Shown here: positions 9,601-20,408 of the stretch, piece by piece
How positions within the stretch are numbered: the first letter of the stretch is position 1
Layout of the letters: the number at the start of each line of letters is the position of its first letter
NCBI GenBank assembly: GCA_029553475.1
Contig: JAKPKV010000137.1
Location: 69,976 to 133,975, forward strand
Length of the DNA stretch: 64,000 nucleotides
Origin: Armatimonadota bacterium
GTDB lineage: Bacteria; Armatimonadota; Hebobacteria; CAIYQO01
Direction: 5' to 3'
Made by a program: the position numbers and the translations under genes
The notes under the pieces: generated by a model
What the model saw: the letters and a program-made list of their open reading frames with translations, nothing else
Database searches by the model: none
Told to the model about the DNA's origin: nothing

Positions 9601-10618
9601 ACCCGTGGCGGTCGGCGATCTCGCCGTACTGGATGCCCTGCAGCGTTGTATAGAGCTGCGTCAGCACCGCGCCGGCGGTGTCCGGGCTCCCGAAGGTGAA
9701 GGTGCGCGCACGGCTCACCACCTCATGCACCGGGGTGATCACCGCGGCGGTGCCGCAGGCGCCCACTTCGCTGAACTGGTCCAGCGCGGCCAGCGGAATC
9801 GGCTCGTGCGCCACCGTCAGCCCCATCTCCTCGGCCAGCACCTGCAGCGAGCGGTTCGTCACGCTCTCCAGGATGGAGGTCGAGCGCGGCGTTTTATACA
9901 CGCCCCCCGGAGTGATGCCGAGGAAGTTCGAGGTGCCGAATTCGTCTACGTATTTATGCTCGACCGGGTCGGTGAAGAGCACGATGGGATAGCCCTGATG
10001 CTTGGCGTCGTAATAGGGCTTCAGGCTGGCGGCGTAGTTGCCCGCGCACTTCGCCCGCCCCGTCCCCCGCGCCGCGGCGCGGTCGTAGTCTTCGCACACC
10101 ACCGCCGAGAGCGGGGTGAACCCATGCTTGTAATACGGCCCCACCGGGGTCACCAGCACCAGGAAGGTATAGGTGGCCGACGCGCTGATGCCCACCATCG
10201 GCTCGGTGCCGAACAGCACCGGGCGCACGTACAGGCTGGCGCCGGTGCCATAGGGCGGCACGAAGGCGGCGTTCAGCGCCACCGCCCGGCGGCACGCGGC
10301 CACGAAGAGGTCCGCCGGCGGCGCGGCCATGCACAGACGGGCGGCGGATTCCGCCATGCGCCGGGCATTCAGCTCCGGGCGGAACAAGGCGATGGTGCCG
10401 TCGTGCCGGGTAAACGCCTTCAGCCCCTCAAAAATGGCCTGGCCGTAGTGCAGGCAGTTGGCGGCGATGTGCAGGGAGATCATCGGCTCCGTCTCGACGG
10501 TCGGCTCGTGCCACGCGCCCTCAGCATACTCGACGCGGATGTAGCCGTTCGTCGGCAGATACTGGAAGCCGAGATTCGCCCAATCCAACTGCACTTTCCG
10601 CTGTTCCACTGCGCTCAT
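9584..10618 (-). CDS. ilvE: branched-chain amino acid aminotransferase (fold-type IV)
   Basis: 344 aa. Fold-type IV aminotransferase pattern (..YGQAIFEGLKAF.., ..GTGASLYVRPVLFG.., ..AKCAGNYAAS.., ..GACGTAAVITPV..). Confidence 0.88.
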   Translation of the reverse strand: MSAVEQRKVQLDWANLGFQYLPTNGYIRVEYAEGAWHEPTVETEPMISLHIAANCLHYGQAIFEGLKAFTRHDGTIALFRPELNARRMAESAARLCMAAPPADLFVAACRRAVALNAAFVPPYGTGASLYVRPVLFGTEPMVGISASATYTFLVLVTPVGPYYKHGFTPLSAVVCEDYDRAAARGTGRAKCAGNYAASLKPYYDAKHQGYPIVLFTDPVEHKYVDEFGTSNFLGITPGGVYKTPRSTSILESVTNRSLQVLAEEMGLTVAHEPIPLAALDQFSEVGACGTAAVITPVHEVVSRARTFTFGSPDTAGAVLTQLYTTLQGIQYGEIADRHGWMMDV

Positions 10619-10656
10619 GCTCTCCCCCTACGCGTCATCAGCGCGTCAGCGCCCTT

Positions 10657-10897
10657 TTCGTACTCGTAGTCGTGCTCGTACTCGTAACTCGAATACGGGC
10701 TCCGCTTCTTCACCCCGTGTCTGATCTCCAGGTCCCGGACTGCCCGACGCGCGGCAGCAACGCGCTCGGCTTCAGCAGAACCGTTTCGCGTACGAGTACG
10801 AGTCGTGCCCATCGGAGCGCCCACCGGAGCGCGGACATCCTGTCCGCCCGTATCCGATTTCGAGTACGAGTACGACTACGTAAGGATACGCGAACCC
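10657..10897. repeat. R2 palindromic repeat (GTACGAG/CTCGTAC arms around a conserved core)
   Basis: TCGTACTCGTAGTCGTGCTCGTACTCGTAACTCGAATACGG..TTCTTCACC..GTCTGATCTCCAGG.CCGGACTG..CGTTTCGCGTACGAGTACGAG, and again TTCGAGTACGAGTACGAC..GGATACGCGAACCCT. Same family at 21381 and 33409. Confidence 0.8.
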
Positions 10898-10916
10898 TCT
10901 CGTGACGCCCGTGCCC

Positions 10917-11474
10917 CTACGCCCCCGGCTCGCGCTTCTTCAACCCGGGATCCGCCCGCACCACCATGCGGCCATGCGCCAGGTCCACCGCGAGCACAAA
11001 CGCCTTCACCGCGGGAATCAGCGCCTCCGGCGTTTCATACACGTCATGCGCCCCGGTCTGCAGGATACCCGTGATCGGCCCCAGCGACTCGCCCTCCGTG
11101 GTCACCACCGCCAGCCCGAGCAACTGGTGATGAAAATACTCATCCTCGCCCAACGGCGGCAACTGCGACGCCCGCAAGAGCAGGCGCGCGCCGCGCAGCG
11201 CGTCCGCCTGCGCGAGGGTCTCCACGCCCGCGAGTTTCAGCGTCACGCGCCGGCCCAGCACCCGCGCCCGCTCCACCGCCGTCACCCGCACCGGGCCGTC
11301 GCCCTGCCGGACGCCCACCTCGCGCAGCGCGGCGAAGCGCTCCGGGGCATCGGTATGCGGGAAGACGCGCACCTCGCCCTTCAGCCCTACCGGCGCGGTA
11401 ATCTCTCCGATGAGCAGCGACCAGGGGTCACTGCTGTCCGGGGAGGACGATCTGTGACTGTGGGAGGATGACAT
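10917..11474 (-). CDS. rimM: 16S rRNA processing protein RimM
   Basis: 185 aa. LLIGEITAPVGLKGEVRVFPHTD (N-terminal barrel) and a C-terminal PRC-barrel-like region. Conserved position before trmD. Confidence 0.88.
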   Translation of the reverse strand: MSSSHSHRSSSPDSSDPWSLLIGEITAPVGLKGEVRVFPHTDAPERFAALREVGVRQGDGPVRVTAVERARVLGRRVTLKLAGVETLAQADALRGARLLLRASQLPPLGEDEYFHHQLLGLAVVTTEGESLGPITGILQTGAHDVYETPEALIPAVKAFVLAVDLAHGRMVVRADPGLKKREPGA

Positions 11475-11907
11475 CTTCCGGACTCATCGCCAACTCGCGG
11501 ATTTCGATCACGACACCGTCTTTCACCACCAACTGGTACCCCGCCAGCTTCGCGAACAGGTTGTCGCCGACCGCGATGTCGGTGAAGCCCTCGATGTTGC
11601 CGCGGGGGTATTCGGCGCCGATTTCCAGCGCTTCGATCTCACGGCGGCGGTCCTGCAGCTCGTGCTTGATGGCGGCCAGCCGCTGCTTCTCGGCCTCGAT
11701 CTGCTGGCGGGCGGCCATCGCGCGGTTCAGGTCGGCGCGCTGCAGCTCGGCCAGCGCGTGGCGGGCGCGAAAATCGAATTGGTCAATCTGCCGCTGCACT
11801 TCTTCGGACGCGGCGTTGAACTCCTCGAGGAGCCGGTTTTTCAGCTCCTCGGTGACGATAAAGATCAGCCCAACCTCCTGGCGCAAACGCAAGGTTTCCA
11901 TACACAC
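11428..11907 (-). CDS. ylqD: YlqD-family protein
   Basis: 159 aa coiled-coil protein ending ..QLVVKDGVVIEIRE. It resembles B. subtilis YlqD and sits between the KH gene and rimM as in Firmicutes. It overlaps the rimM start by 47 nt. Confidence 0.65.
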   Translation of the reverse strand: MCMETLRLRQEVGLIFIVTEELKNRLLEEFNAASEEVQRQIDQFDFRARHALAELQRADLNRAMAARQQIEAEKQRLAAIKHELQDRRREIEALEIGAEYPRGNIEGFTDIAVGDNLFAKLAGYQLVVKDGVVIEIRELAMSPEDVILPQSQIVLPGQQ

Positions 11908-11948
11908 TCCTCATCGCCGGCGCGCGCCGGCGCACACAGCCGCGCCGG

Positions 11949-12191
11949 TCAATGTCCCGGCCGGCGGATGAAATCTACCCAGATGCCTTTGTCGTGCAGG
12001 CCGCCGGCGGCGCGCAGCAGGATGCGCAGGGCATTGGCGACGCGGCCGCTCTTGCCGATCACCTTGCCCATGTCCTCCGGATCCACCTGGACCATATAGG
12101 CGACGTTTTTTTGCCCCGACGACTCGCGGATGACGATGGCATCGGGATGGTCCACGAGCGATGACACCAGGTAATAGAGTAACTCTTTCAC
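11949..12191 (-). CDS. KH-domain RNA-binding protein (YlqC/UPF0109 family)
   Basis: 80 aa. MKELLYYLVSSLVDHPD.. and the GKVIGKSGRVANALR GXXG KH loop. Confidence 0.85.
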   Translation of the reverse strand: MKELLYYLVSSLVDHPDAIVIRESSGQKNVAYMVQVDPEDMGKVIGKSGRVANALRILLRAAGGLHDKGIWVDFIRRPGH

Positions 12192-12231
12192 GGCTCACCC
12201 TTTCTCCGGGCGCGATGCGCCAGGCGGTCCG

Positions 12232-12660
12232 TCAGGCGGGCTCTTCGTCCACGGGCGCGGCGTCGTCGGCCGGCGCCTCCGCGACGGCCGCGGCTTCCTC
12301 AACGACCGGGGCGGCGTCTTCCGCCGGGGCAGCTTCCGCCGGCGCTGCCTCAACAATCGGCGCGGGGGCCGGGGTTTCCTCGACGAGCGACTCCAGCGTC
12401 GCCTCGCCGGTATGGACCGCCCAGATGCCCTTGCGCACGAGCATGGCGCGCACCACGTCGGTGGGCTGGGCGCCCTGCTTCAGCCAGTAGAGGGCGCGGT
12501 CGCTCTTGATGACCACCGTCGCCGGATCGGTCAGCGGGTTGTAGTGGCCGATGATCTCGATGAAGCGGCCATCACGCGGGGCGCGCGCATCGGCGATGAC
12601 GATGCGGTACGCGGGTTGTTTCTTCGCGCCGACACGGCGCAGACGCATTTTCACTGCCAC
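12232..12660 (-). CDS. rpsP: 30S ribosomal protein S16 with Ala/Glu/Pro-rich C-terminal tail
   Basis: GTG at 12660 gives [42 protein letters not shown] (canonical S16). About 55 aa of acidic low-complexity extension. Confidence 0.9.
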   Translation of the reverse strand: MAVKMRLRRVGAKKQPAYRIVIADARAPRDGRFIEIIGHYNPLTDPATVVIKSDRALYWLKQGAQPTDVVRAMLVRKGIWAVHTGEATLESLVEETPAPAPIVEAAPAEAAPAEDAAPVVEEAAAVAEAPADDAAPVDEEPA

Positions 12661-12892
12661 GGTTCGTGGTGCTCCTTTCACGTTTTCCCGCGGGGTGTCT
12701 TCCCCGGGCCGGGAAGGCCCTCCTGGGGCCGGGCCGGCCGCTGTTGCGACAAATACATTCACCGACGGGCGGCTCAACCCAAAGGGAGCCCGCGCCCATC
12801 GTCATAAAACTCTTCGGCTGTCGGTCGTGCCCCACGCGGCACGGCTTGCAGTGGCGCTGCCCCGCCTTCACCCACCCGCGGCACGGTCCCCG

Positions 12893-14284
12893 CTACAGCC
12901 GGAACGGAAAACCCCCGCCCGGGCCGCCGCAGCCTTTGCCGCCGAGCAGGCCGCCCATCTTCCCGCCGGGCTTGCCCGGCTTCTCCATCGCCATGAACTG
13001 GCCCATCATCGCTTTCATCTGCTCGAACTGCTTCAGCAGTTGGTTCACCTCCGCCACGGAGGTGCCGCTGCCGGCGGCGATGCGCTTGCGCCGGCTGGCG
13101 TTGATGAGCTCCGGCCGGCGGCGCTCTTTCGGCGTCATCGAAGAAATGATGGCGCGGATGCGCACCAGCCGCTTCGGGTCCACCTGCACCGCCCCGCCCA
13201 TCTGCGCCTTGATCTGCCCCATGCCGGGGATCATCTCCAGCAACTGGTCCAGCGGCCCGAGCTGGGTGAGCTGATCGAGCTGCTGGGCGAAATCGTCCAG
13301 ATCGAAGGCGCGGCTGCGGATGCGCTGCTCCATGCGCTCCGCCTGCTCGGCGTCTACCGTCGCCTCCACCTTCTCGATGAGCGACAGTACGTCGCCCATG
13401 CCGAGGATGCGCGAGGCCAGCCGGTCCGGATGGAAGACCTCCAGCGCATCGTATTTTTCGCCGGTGCCCAGAAAACGGATCGGCTTGCCCGTCACCTGGC
13501 GGATGGAGAGCGCCGCGCCGCCGCGGGTATCGCCGTCCACCTTGGTCAGGATGAAGCCGGTCACATCCAGCCGGGCGTTAAACTGCTCGGCGACGTTCAC
13601 GGCGTCCTGGCCGGTCATCGCGTCCAGCACCAGCAGCACTTCCTGCGGCGGCACCGCGTCGCGCACCGCGGCCACTTCCGCCATCAAGTCGTCCTGCACG
13701 TGCAGGCGGCCCGCGGTATCCACCACCAGGTGGGTGAAGCCGTGCTCCCGCGCGTGGGTCACCGCCGCGCGCACGATGTCCACCGGGGCGTGCGCCGTGC
13801 CCAACTGAAAGACGGGCACGTGCACCGCCGCGCCCACCACCTGCAACTGCTGGATGGCCGCCGGGCGCGCGACGTCGGTCGCCACCAGCAGCGGCTGCAA
13901 TCCCTGCTTGCGCAGCAGGGCCGCCAGCTTGCCGCAGGTGGTGGTTTTCCCGCCGCCCTGCAGCCCCACCACCAGGTAGACCGACGGCGCCTTCGCCGCG
14001 GTGGCCAGCGGTCCGCCGTCCTCGCCCAGCAGCGCGATGAGCTCGTCATGGACGATCTTCACCACCTGCTGCGAGGCGTTCAGCCCGCTCAGCACGTCCG
14101 TGCCGACCGCGTGCTCCTTGACGCGGGCGACGAACTCCTTGACCACGCGGTAATTGACGTCCGCCTCGAGCAGCGCCAGCCGAATCTGTCGCGCGGCCTC
14201 GGCCACGTCCGCCTCGGTCAGCCGGCCTTTGCGGCCCAGCGCCCCGAACAGCGTCTGCAGTTTTTCCGTTAAACTTTCAAACAT
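12893..14284 (-). CDS. ffh: signal recognition particle protein Ffh
   Basis: 463 aa. MFESLTEKLQ.., GLQGGGKTTTCGKLA, DTAGRL, and an M-domain with Met-rich tail. Confidence 0.93.
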   Translation of the reverse strand: MFESLTEKLQTLFGALGRKGRLTEADVAEAARQIRLALLEADVNYRVVKEFVARVKEHAVGTDVLSGLNASQQVVKIVHDELIALLGEDGGPLATAAKAPSVYLVVGLQGGGKTTTCGKLAALLRKQGLQPLLVATDVARPAAIQQLQVVGAAVHVPVFQLGTAHAPVDIVRAAVTHAREHGFTHLVVDTAGRLHVQDDLMAEVAAVRDAVPPQEVLLVLDAMTGQDAVNVAEQFNARLDVTGFILTKVDGDTRGGAALSIRQVTGKPIRFLGTGEKYDALEVFHPDRLASRILGMGDVLSLIEKVEATVDAEQAERMEQRIRSRAFDLDDFAQQLDQLTQLGPLDQLLEMIPGMGQIKAQMGGAVQVDPKRLVRIRAIISSMTPKERRRPELINASRRKRIAAGSGTSVAEVNQLLKQFEQMKAMMGQFMAMEKPGKPGGKMGGLLGGKGCGGPGGGFPFRL

Positions 14285-14374
14285 CGCGGATCACGGTTTC
14301 CGCGCCCCCTGCCGGCGGGACGCAACGGATGAGTATACCAGCGCGGTCCGCGCGATGTCAAAGAAAAACCCGAC

Positions 14375-14476
14375 GCCCTCACCCCCCATCCCCCTCTCCC
14401 TGAGGAGAGGGGGGCCGGAAATTCATCACGTAAAACACCCCCTCTCCTCCGGGAGAGGGGGCCGGGGGTGAGGGCG
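14375..14476. repeat. R4 twin-hairpin repeat (CCCTCTCC..GGAGAGGG type) nested in an outer GCCCTCACCCC/GGGGTGAGGGC stem
   Basis: CCCCTCTCCCTGAGGAGAGGGG (14391-14412) and CCCCCTCTCCTCCGGGAGAGGGGG (14438-14461), between rplL and ffh. A similar twin hairpin occurs at 37262-37362. Confidence 0.7.
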
Positions 14477-14483
14477 AAGCGGC

Positions 14484-14873
14484 TTACTTCACCTCGACGG
14501 TGGCGCCACCCTCTTCGAGGGCTTTCTTCGCGGCGTCGGCGTCGTCCTTCGTCACGCCTTCCTTCACCGCCTTCGGCGCGCCTTCCACCAGGTCTTTCGC
14601 TTCCTTCAGCCCGAGGCCGGTCAGCTCGCGGACGACCTTGATGACGTTGATCTTCTTCGCGGCGTCGAAGCCGGTGAGGATCACGTCGAAGGTGGTCTTC
14701 TCTTCTTCTTTTTCCGCTTCGGGAGCGGGACCGGCGGCGGCGGCCGGGGCGGCCACGGCGGCGGCCATCGGGGTCACGCCCCACTTGTCCTGCATCGTCT
14801 TGTAGAGGTCCACGATGTCCAGCAGGGACATCTGCTCGATGGCCTCGATGATCTGGTCTTTGGTCAATGCCAT
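14484..14873 (-). CDS. rplL: 50S ribosomal protein L7/L12
   Basis: 129 aa. [23 protein letters not shown].., Ala-rich hinge, ..[23 protein letters not shown].. Confidence 0.93.
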   Translation of the reverse strand: MALTKDQIIEAIEQMSLLDIVDLYKTMQDKWGVTPMAAAVAAPAAAAGPAPEAEKEEEKTTFDVILTGFDAAKKINVIKVVRELTGLGLKEAKDLVEGAPKAVKEGVTKDDADAAKKALEEGGATVEVK

Positions 14874-14937
14874 GGGAATCTCTCCTTCGCAAAATGTGCG
14901 GGCAGCGCCCGCGAAATGTCAGCGTGTCGCGGGACGC

Positions 14938-15471
14938 TTACGCGGCGGCCCCGTCGCGGGATGCATAGTAGGCCTCGAGGGTGCCCACCAGGTTCTGCAG
15001 CACCGCGCCCAGCGTAGATACCACGTTGGCCGCCGGCGACTGCACCGTGCCGACCAGGTTGCCGAGGATCTGCTCGCGCGGCGGCAGGGTGGTCAGCGCC
15101 TCGACGTCGGCCGCGCTCATCACGCGGGCGCCGAGCAGGCCGCCCTTCACCAGCGGCAGGTTCTTGCGCTCGGCGCGGATATATTCGGCAAGCGCTTTGG
15201 CGGCTTCCACCGGATCCCCGTCAATGAAGAGCACGGCGTTCGGCCCTTCCAGCAGGTCATCCACCGCCGGCATGTCCTGCGCGCGCAGGGCGATCTTCAG
15301 CAGGGTGTTTTTCACCACCATGAAGCGCGCGCCCAGCGGCCGCAGTTTGTTGCGCAGCTTGTACAGTTGTTCCACCGTCAGGCCGCGATACTCGGCCACG
15401 ATGGCCGCCTGGCTGTTTCCCAGCGCCTCGGCCAGGCCCTGCACCGTCATCTCTTTCTGTGGCGTTGGCAA
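14938..15471 (-). CDS. rplJ: 50S ribosomal protein L10
   Basis: TTG at 15471 (LPTPQKEMTVQGL..) lies 8 nt after AGGAGG. ..AIVAEYRGLTVEQLYKLRNKLR.. is typical L10. Confidence 0.88.
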   Translation of the reverse strand: MPTPQKEMTVQGLAEALGNSQAAIVAEYRGLTVEQLYKLRNKLRPLGARFMVVKNTLLKIALRAQDMPAVDDLLEGPNAVLFIDGDPVEAAKALAEYIRAERKNLPLVKGGLLGARVMSAADVEALTTLPPREQILGNLVGTVQSPAANVVSTLGAVLQNLVGTLEAYYASRDGAAA

Positions 15472-15676
15472 CGTTGTCACCTCCTTTGGTTCGCAAGATC
15501 GGTCCCCCGTCGGCACGCACAAAAAAACGCCGTGTCCTCACGGGACAGCGGCGCGATGTCGTCACGAACGGATCAGCGCGCGAACGCGCGGCGGATCGCG
15601 GTCGTCCACAACCTCGGCAGGCGGCCCGGTGGGCCTTACGCGCGCGGCACCTGCTGTCTCCGGCGGGTCTCACCAG
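15472..15676 (-). ncRNA. rplJ 5' leader, candidate L10-leader autoregulatory element
   Basis: About 205-nt untranslated leader between the consensus promoter and the rplJ RBS. It contains a terminator-like hairpin plus a U-run. The family assignment was not verified by a covariance model. Confidence 0.4.
15521..15553 (-). terminator. intrinsic attenuator inside the rplJ leader
   Basis: Minus strand CGCCGCTGTCC-CGTGA-GGACACGGCG followed by TTTTTTT, about 50 nt upstream of the rplJ start. Confidence 0.55.
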
Positions 15677-15682
15677 CGAGGA

Positions 15683-15711
15683 AGTATACCCGCGCGCGCC
15701 GGCGCTGTCAA
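15683..15711 (-). promoter_or_regulatory. sigma-70 promoter of rplJL
   Basis: Minus strand TTGACA-17 nt-TATACT (TTGACAgcgccggcgcgcgcgggTATACT). Confidence 0.7.
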
Positions 15712-15746
15712 GTGACGAGTACCGAGGCATGCCGGACGATTGGGTA

Positions 15747-15888
15747 CCTTGGGCGGGCGCGCGTCCCCGCGAGCCGACGCCGGGGGGAAGTCTAATCCGT
15801 CGTGCGCGCCAGATAGCCTATCTCGCGCACACGACATACGATCACTTCCTCCCGGCGTCGGCTCGCGGGGACGCGCGCCCGCCCAAGG
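15747..15888. repeat. perfect 38-bp inverted repeat with 66-bp loop
   Basis: CCTTGGGCGGGCGCGCGTCCCCGCGAGCCGACGCCGGG (15747-15784) and its exact reverse complement (15851-15888). The loop holds a second hairpin GTGCGCG..CGCGCAC. Confidence 0.9.
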
Positions 15889-15955
15889 CGCGGAAATCAC
15901 CCCACCCCGCGCGCAGGAAAGACGCGCCGCGGCGGCGAATCCCCCTATAAAGCGC

Positions 15956-17833
15956 ATGACAGAGACGCGGCAGACGTACGATCGCGATCAGGTGCGGGAG
16001 CGCACGGATTTAGTGGCGCTCATCGGGCAGACCGTCACGCTGCGGAAACGCGGCGGGCGGTATCTCGGCCTGTGCCCGTTTCACAGCGAAAAAACGCCCT
16101 CCTTCAACGTGGACCCGCAGAAGGGGTTCTGGCACTGCTTCGGCTGCGGCAAGGGCGGCGACGCCTTCGATTTCCTCATGCTGCTGGAGCATCTCTCCTT
16201 CCCGGAGGCGCTGGAGCGGCTGGCGGAGCGCGCCGGGGTGCCGCCCATCGCGGTGACGCCGCAGCAGCAGATACGCAAGGAAGAGCGCGACTACCTCTAC
16301 GAGGCGAACGCCGCCGCCGCCCTCGCCTTCAGCAAAGCTCTCGCCGGCAAAGCCGGCGCCGCCGCCCGCGCCTATCTGGAGCGGCGCGGCATGACGCCGG
16401 AGATGGCGGCGCGCTTCGGACTGGGCTACGCCCCGCCGGGCTGGGACATGCTGACGGCGCACCTGAAAGGCCGCGGCTTCAGCGAAGAGGTGCTCATCAA
16501 GGCGGGATTGAGCCTGCCCCGCCAGCGCGGCGACGGCGCCATTGACCGCTTCCGCAACCGGGTGATGATCCCCATTCACGACCGCCGCGGGCGGGTGGTG
16601 GCCTTCGGCGGGCGCGCGATGAGCCCGGACGACCAGCCGAAATACCTGAACACGGCGGAGACGCCCGTCTTCCGCAAAAGCAGCACGCTCTACGCGCTGC
16701 ACTGGGCGAGCAAGACGATGGGCGAGCGCGGCCGCGCCATCGTCACCGAGGGGTATTTCGACGTCATCGCCTGCCACCTGGCGGGCTTCACCGAGGCGGT
16801 GGCGACGTTGGGCACCGCGCTGGGCGAGGAGCACGTGCAGCTCTTGCGGCGCCTGGCCGACCGCGTCTACCTCGTCTACGATGCCGACTCCGCCGGGGTG
16901 AACGCCGCGCTGCGCGGGCAGGCGATCTTCCGCGCCGCGGAGGTGGACGTGCGCATCGTACGCCTGCCCGGCGAGCACGACCCGGATTCGCTCATCCGCG
17001 CGGCAGGGCCGGAGGCCTTCGAGCGCGGCCTGGCGGAGGCGCTGCCGCCGGTGGCGTTCGAGCTGGAGCGCCTGCTGGCGCAGCACCCCGAGCGCGACAC
17101 CGAGGGCCGCCTGCGCCTGTTCCGCGCGGCGGCGAAAATCCTCCAGCCGCTGCCCGCGCTGGAGCGCGCCGAATACGCCGAGTGGCTCATCGAGCACTGG
17201 GGGGGCGGCGCCCGCGGCGACCTGACGCAACTGCAGCAGGCGGTGATGAGCGAGGTGGCGGCGCTGGACCGCCGCGCGCGGCGCCGGGGCGGGGGCGCGG
17301 ACGACGCCCCCGCCCCGGCGCCGTTGACGAACCTGCGCGGCTTTCACCTGGAGCTGGAAGCGATCACGGCGATGGTGCAGCACCCGTCCTTCGCCGGCGA
17401 CGTGCTGCTCAGCCTGCCGGCGGAGGCGTTCACCCACGCGGAATATCGCGCCGTATATGACGCGCTCAACCGACTCGCGGAAGCCGGCGCGGTGCCCGAC
17501 GCGCGCCAGCTGCGCGGCGACGACGCCCTCACCGCGCTCATCGCCGGCCTCGCCGTGCGCGAGAGGGACCCCTCCATCACCACCTTCGAGCCGCTGCTCG
17601 ACCGCCTGCGCGACGAGCATGAGAAGCGACAGATTCAGCCCATCGCGCTCGCGCTGGACGACCCCGCCGCCGCCGAGGCGCTGCGCAAGCGCAAACTGCA
17701 GGAATCCGAGCGGCAGAAACGCCGCGCCGGCCTGGCCCCGGAGGACGGCGGCGGGCGATCACTGGCCACCGGAGAGCCTCCCCCGGATAGCGCGTCAAAG
17801 TGGGCGCGGCGTGAATTGCCGGAAGATGGGTGA
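15956..17833 (+). CDS. dnaG: DNA primase
   Basis: ATG at 15956 (MTETRQTYD..). Zinc ribbon CPFHSEKTPSFNVDPQKGFWHCFGCGKGGD and TOPRIM EGYFDV..VYDADSAG. Confidence 0.9.
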   Translation: MTETRQTYDRDQVRERTDLVALIGQTVTLRKRGGRYLGLCPFHSEKTPSFNVDPQKGFWHCFGCGKGGDAFDFLMLLEHLSFPEALERLAERAGVPPIAVTPQQQIRKEERDYLYEANAAAALAFSKALAGKAGAAARAYLERRGMTPEMAARFGLGYAPPGWDMLTAHLKGRGFSEEVLIKAGLSLPRQRGDGAIDRFRNRVMIPIHDRRGRVVAFGGRAMSPDDQPKYLNTAETPVFRKSSTLYALHWASKTMGERGRAIVTEGYFDVIACHLAGFTEAVATLGTALGEEHVQLLRRLADRVYLVYDADSAGVNAALRGQAIFRAAEVDVRIVRLPGEHDPDSLIRAAGPEAFERGLAEALPPVAFELERLLAQHPERDTEGRLRLFRAAAKILQPLPALERAEYAEWLIEHWGGGARGDLTQLQQAVMSEVAALDRRARRRGGGADDAPAPAPLTNLRGFHLELEAITAMVQHPSFAGDVLLSLPAEAFTHAEYRAVYDALNRLAEAGAVPDARQLRGDDALTALIAGLAVRERDPSITTFEPLLDRLRDEHEKRQIQPIALALDDPAAAEALRKRKLQESERQKRRAGLAPEDGGGRSLATGEPPPDSASKWARRELPEDG

Positions 17834-18160
17834 GACCGGAGGGCCTCCGGACCCGCCGAGCCCACGGACGCGCCGCGCTGACCGGTGTGCGCTTCCCCCC
17901 GGCATCCGGGCGCGTTGTCCGCCCGCGGGGAGGCTTGGCAACATTTTCCTACATCATGTGTGCCGCGTCGGGAAGGAGATTTTCCCGTCGAGCCCGAATC
18001 TCCCCATAATGGCGGGGGGACCGCGTGGCGGGGCGCGGCGTTCCGGCGTCTCCGGGCGCGGCGTCGCACTTCCGCCCCAGCGCACTGATACACATCATGA
18101 TGAGATGGGCACAAGATGCTGAGGTCGGGCCGGAAAGCCCCCCTCAAGGGGTGAGCGAAA

Positions 18161-19975
<1,815 letters not shown>

Positions 19976-20056
19976 GGCGTGTCCCCGCGCGCCCCGCTGT
20001 CCCGCCCAGGCCCTCGGCATCCGGTATACCGCACCGCCCGCGCACAGGCCCGTACC

Positions 20057-20357
20057 GGGGCCGCGGCGTTGTACTCCGCACGAGTGACCTCACCCTTTCG
20101 TTTACCTGTAGTGGTCGTTCACGCTGTCCCGTGCTCTGTAGTCCGCGCCCTCCGCGGCGCGTGTTGGCGCATTTTTACCCCGTGCCCGATGATGGTGGTG
20201 TCGGACACGGGGGCGCATGTTGGTCACACGCGCCGCGGAGGGCGCGGACTACCCCGGACTGGTTTGCTACACAGAGTACATCGTGACGACCCGCTACACG
20301 TGCGGAGTACAACGCCGCGGCCCCAGTGTGTGCGGAGCATCAACTCCGCGACCCCAG
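20057..20357. repeat. nested palindromic repeat: R3 element (GTAGYGGNCGTYACG ends) inside GCGGAGTACAACNCCGC hairpin repeats
   Basis: Outer arms 20057-20082 / 20299-20324 (GGGGCCGCGGCGTTGTACTCCGCAC and its complement). Inner element 20108-20297 has arms GTAGTGGTCGTTCACG..CGTGCTCTGTAGTCCGCGCCCTCCGCGGCGCGTGT mirrored on the right. An extra half-copy lies at 20330-20357. Confidence 0.85.
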
Positions 20358-20408
20358 GTGCGGCGGCGCGACGGCGTCTCGTCCGCCCGCGCGGGGGGAT
20401 CCTGCCCC

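Noticed and set aside
10615-10905. Small ORFs translating as YEYEYE / SYSYSYS / RVRVRVR (also 21342..21605, 21160..21465, 33591..33830).
   Set aside because: They are read-throughs of the GTACGAG/CTCGTAC repeat arms of the R2 elements. They are palindromic, so they are open on both strands, and they have no RBS.
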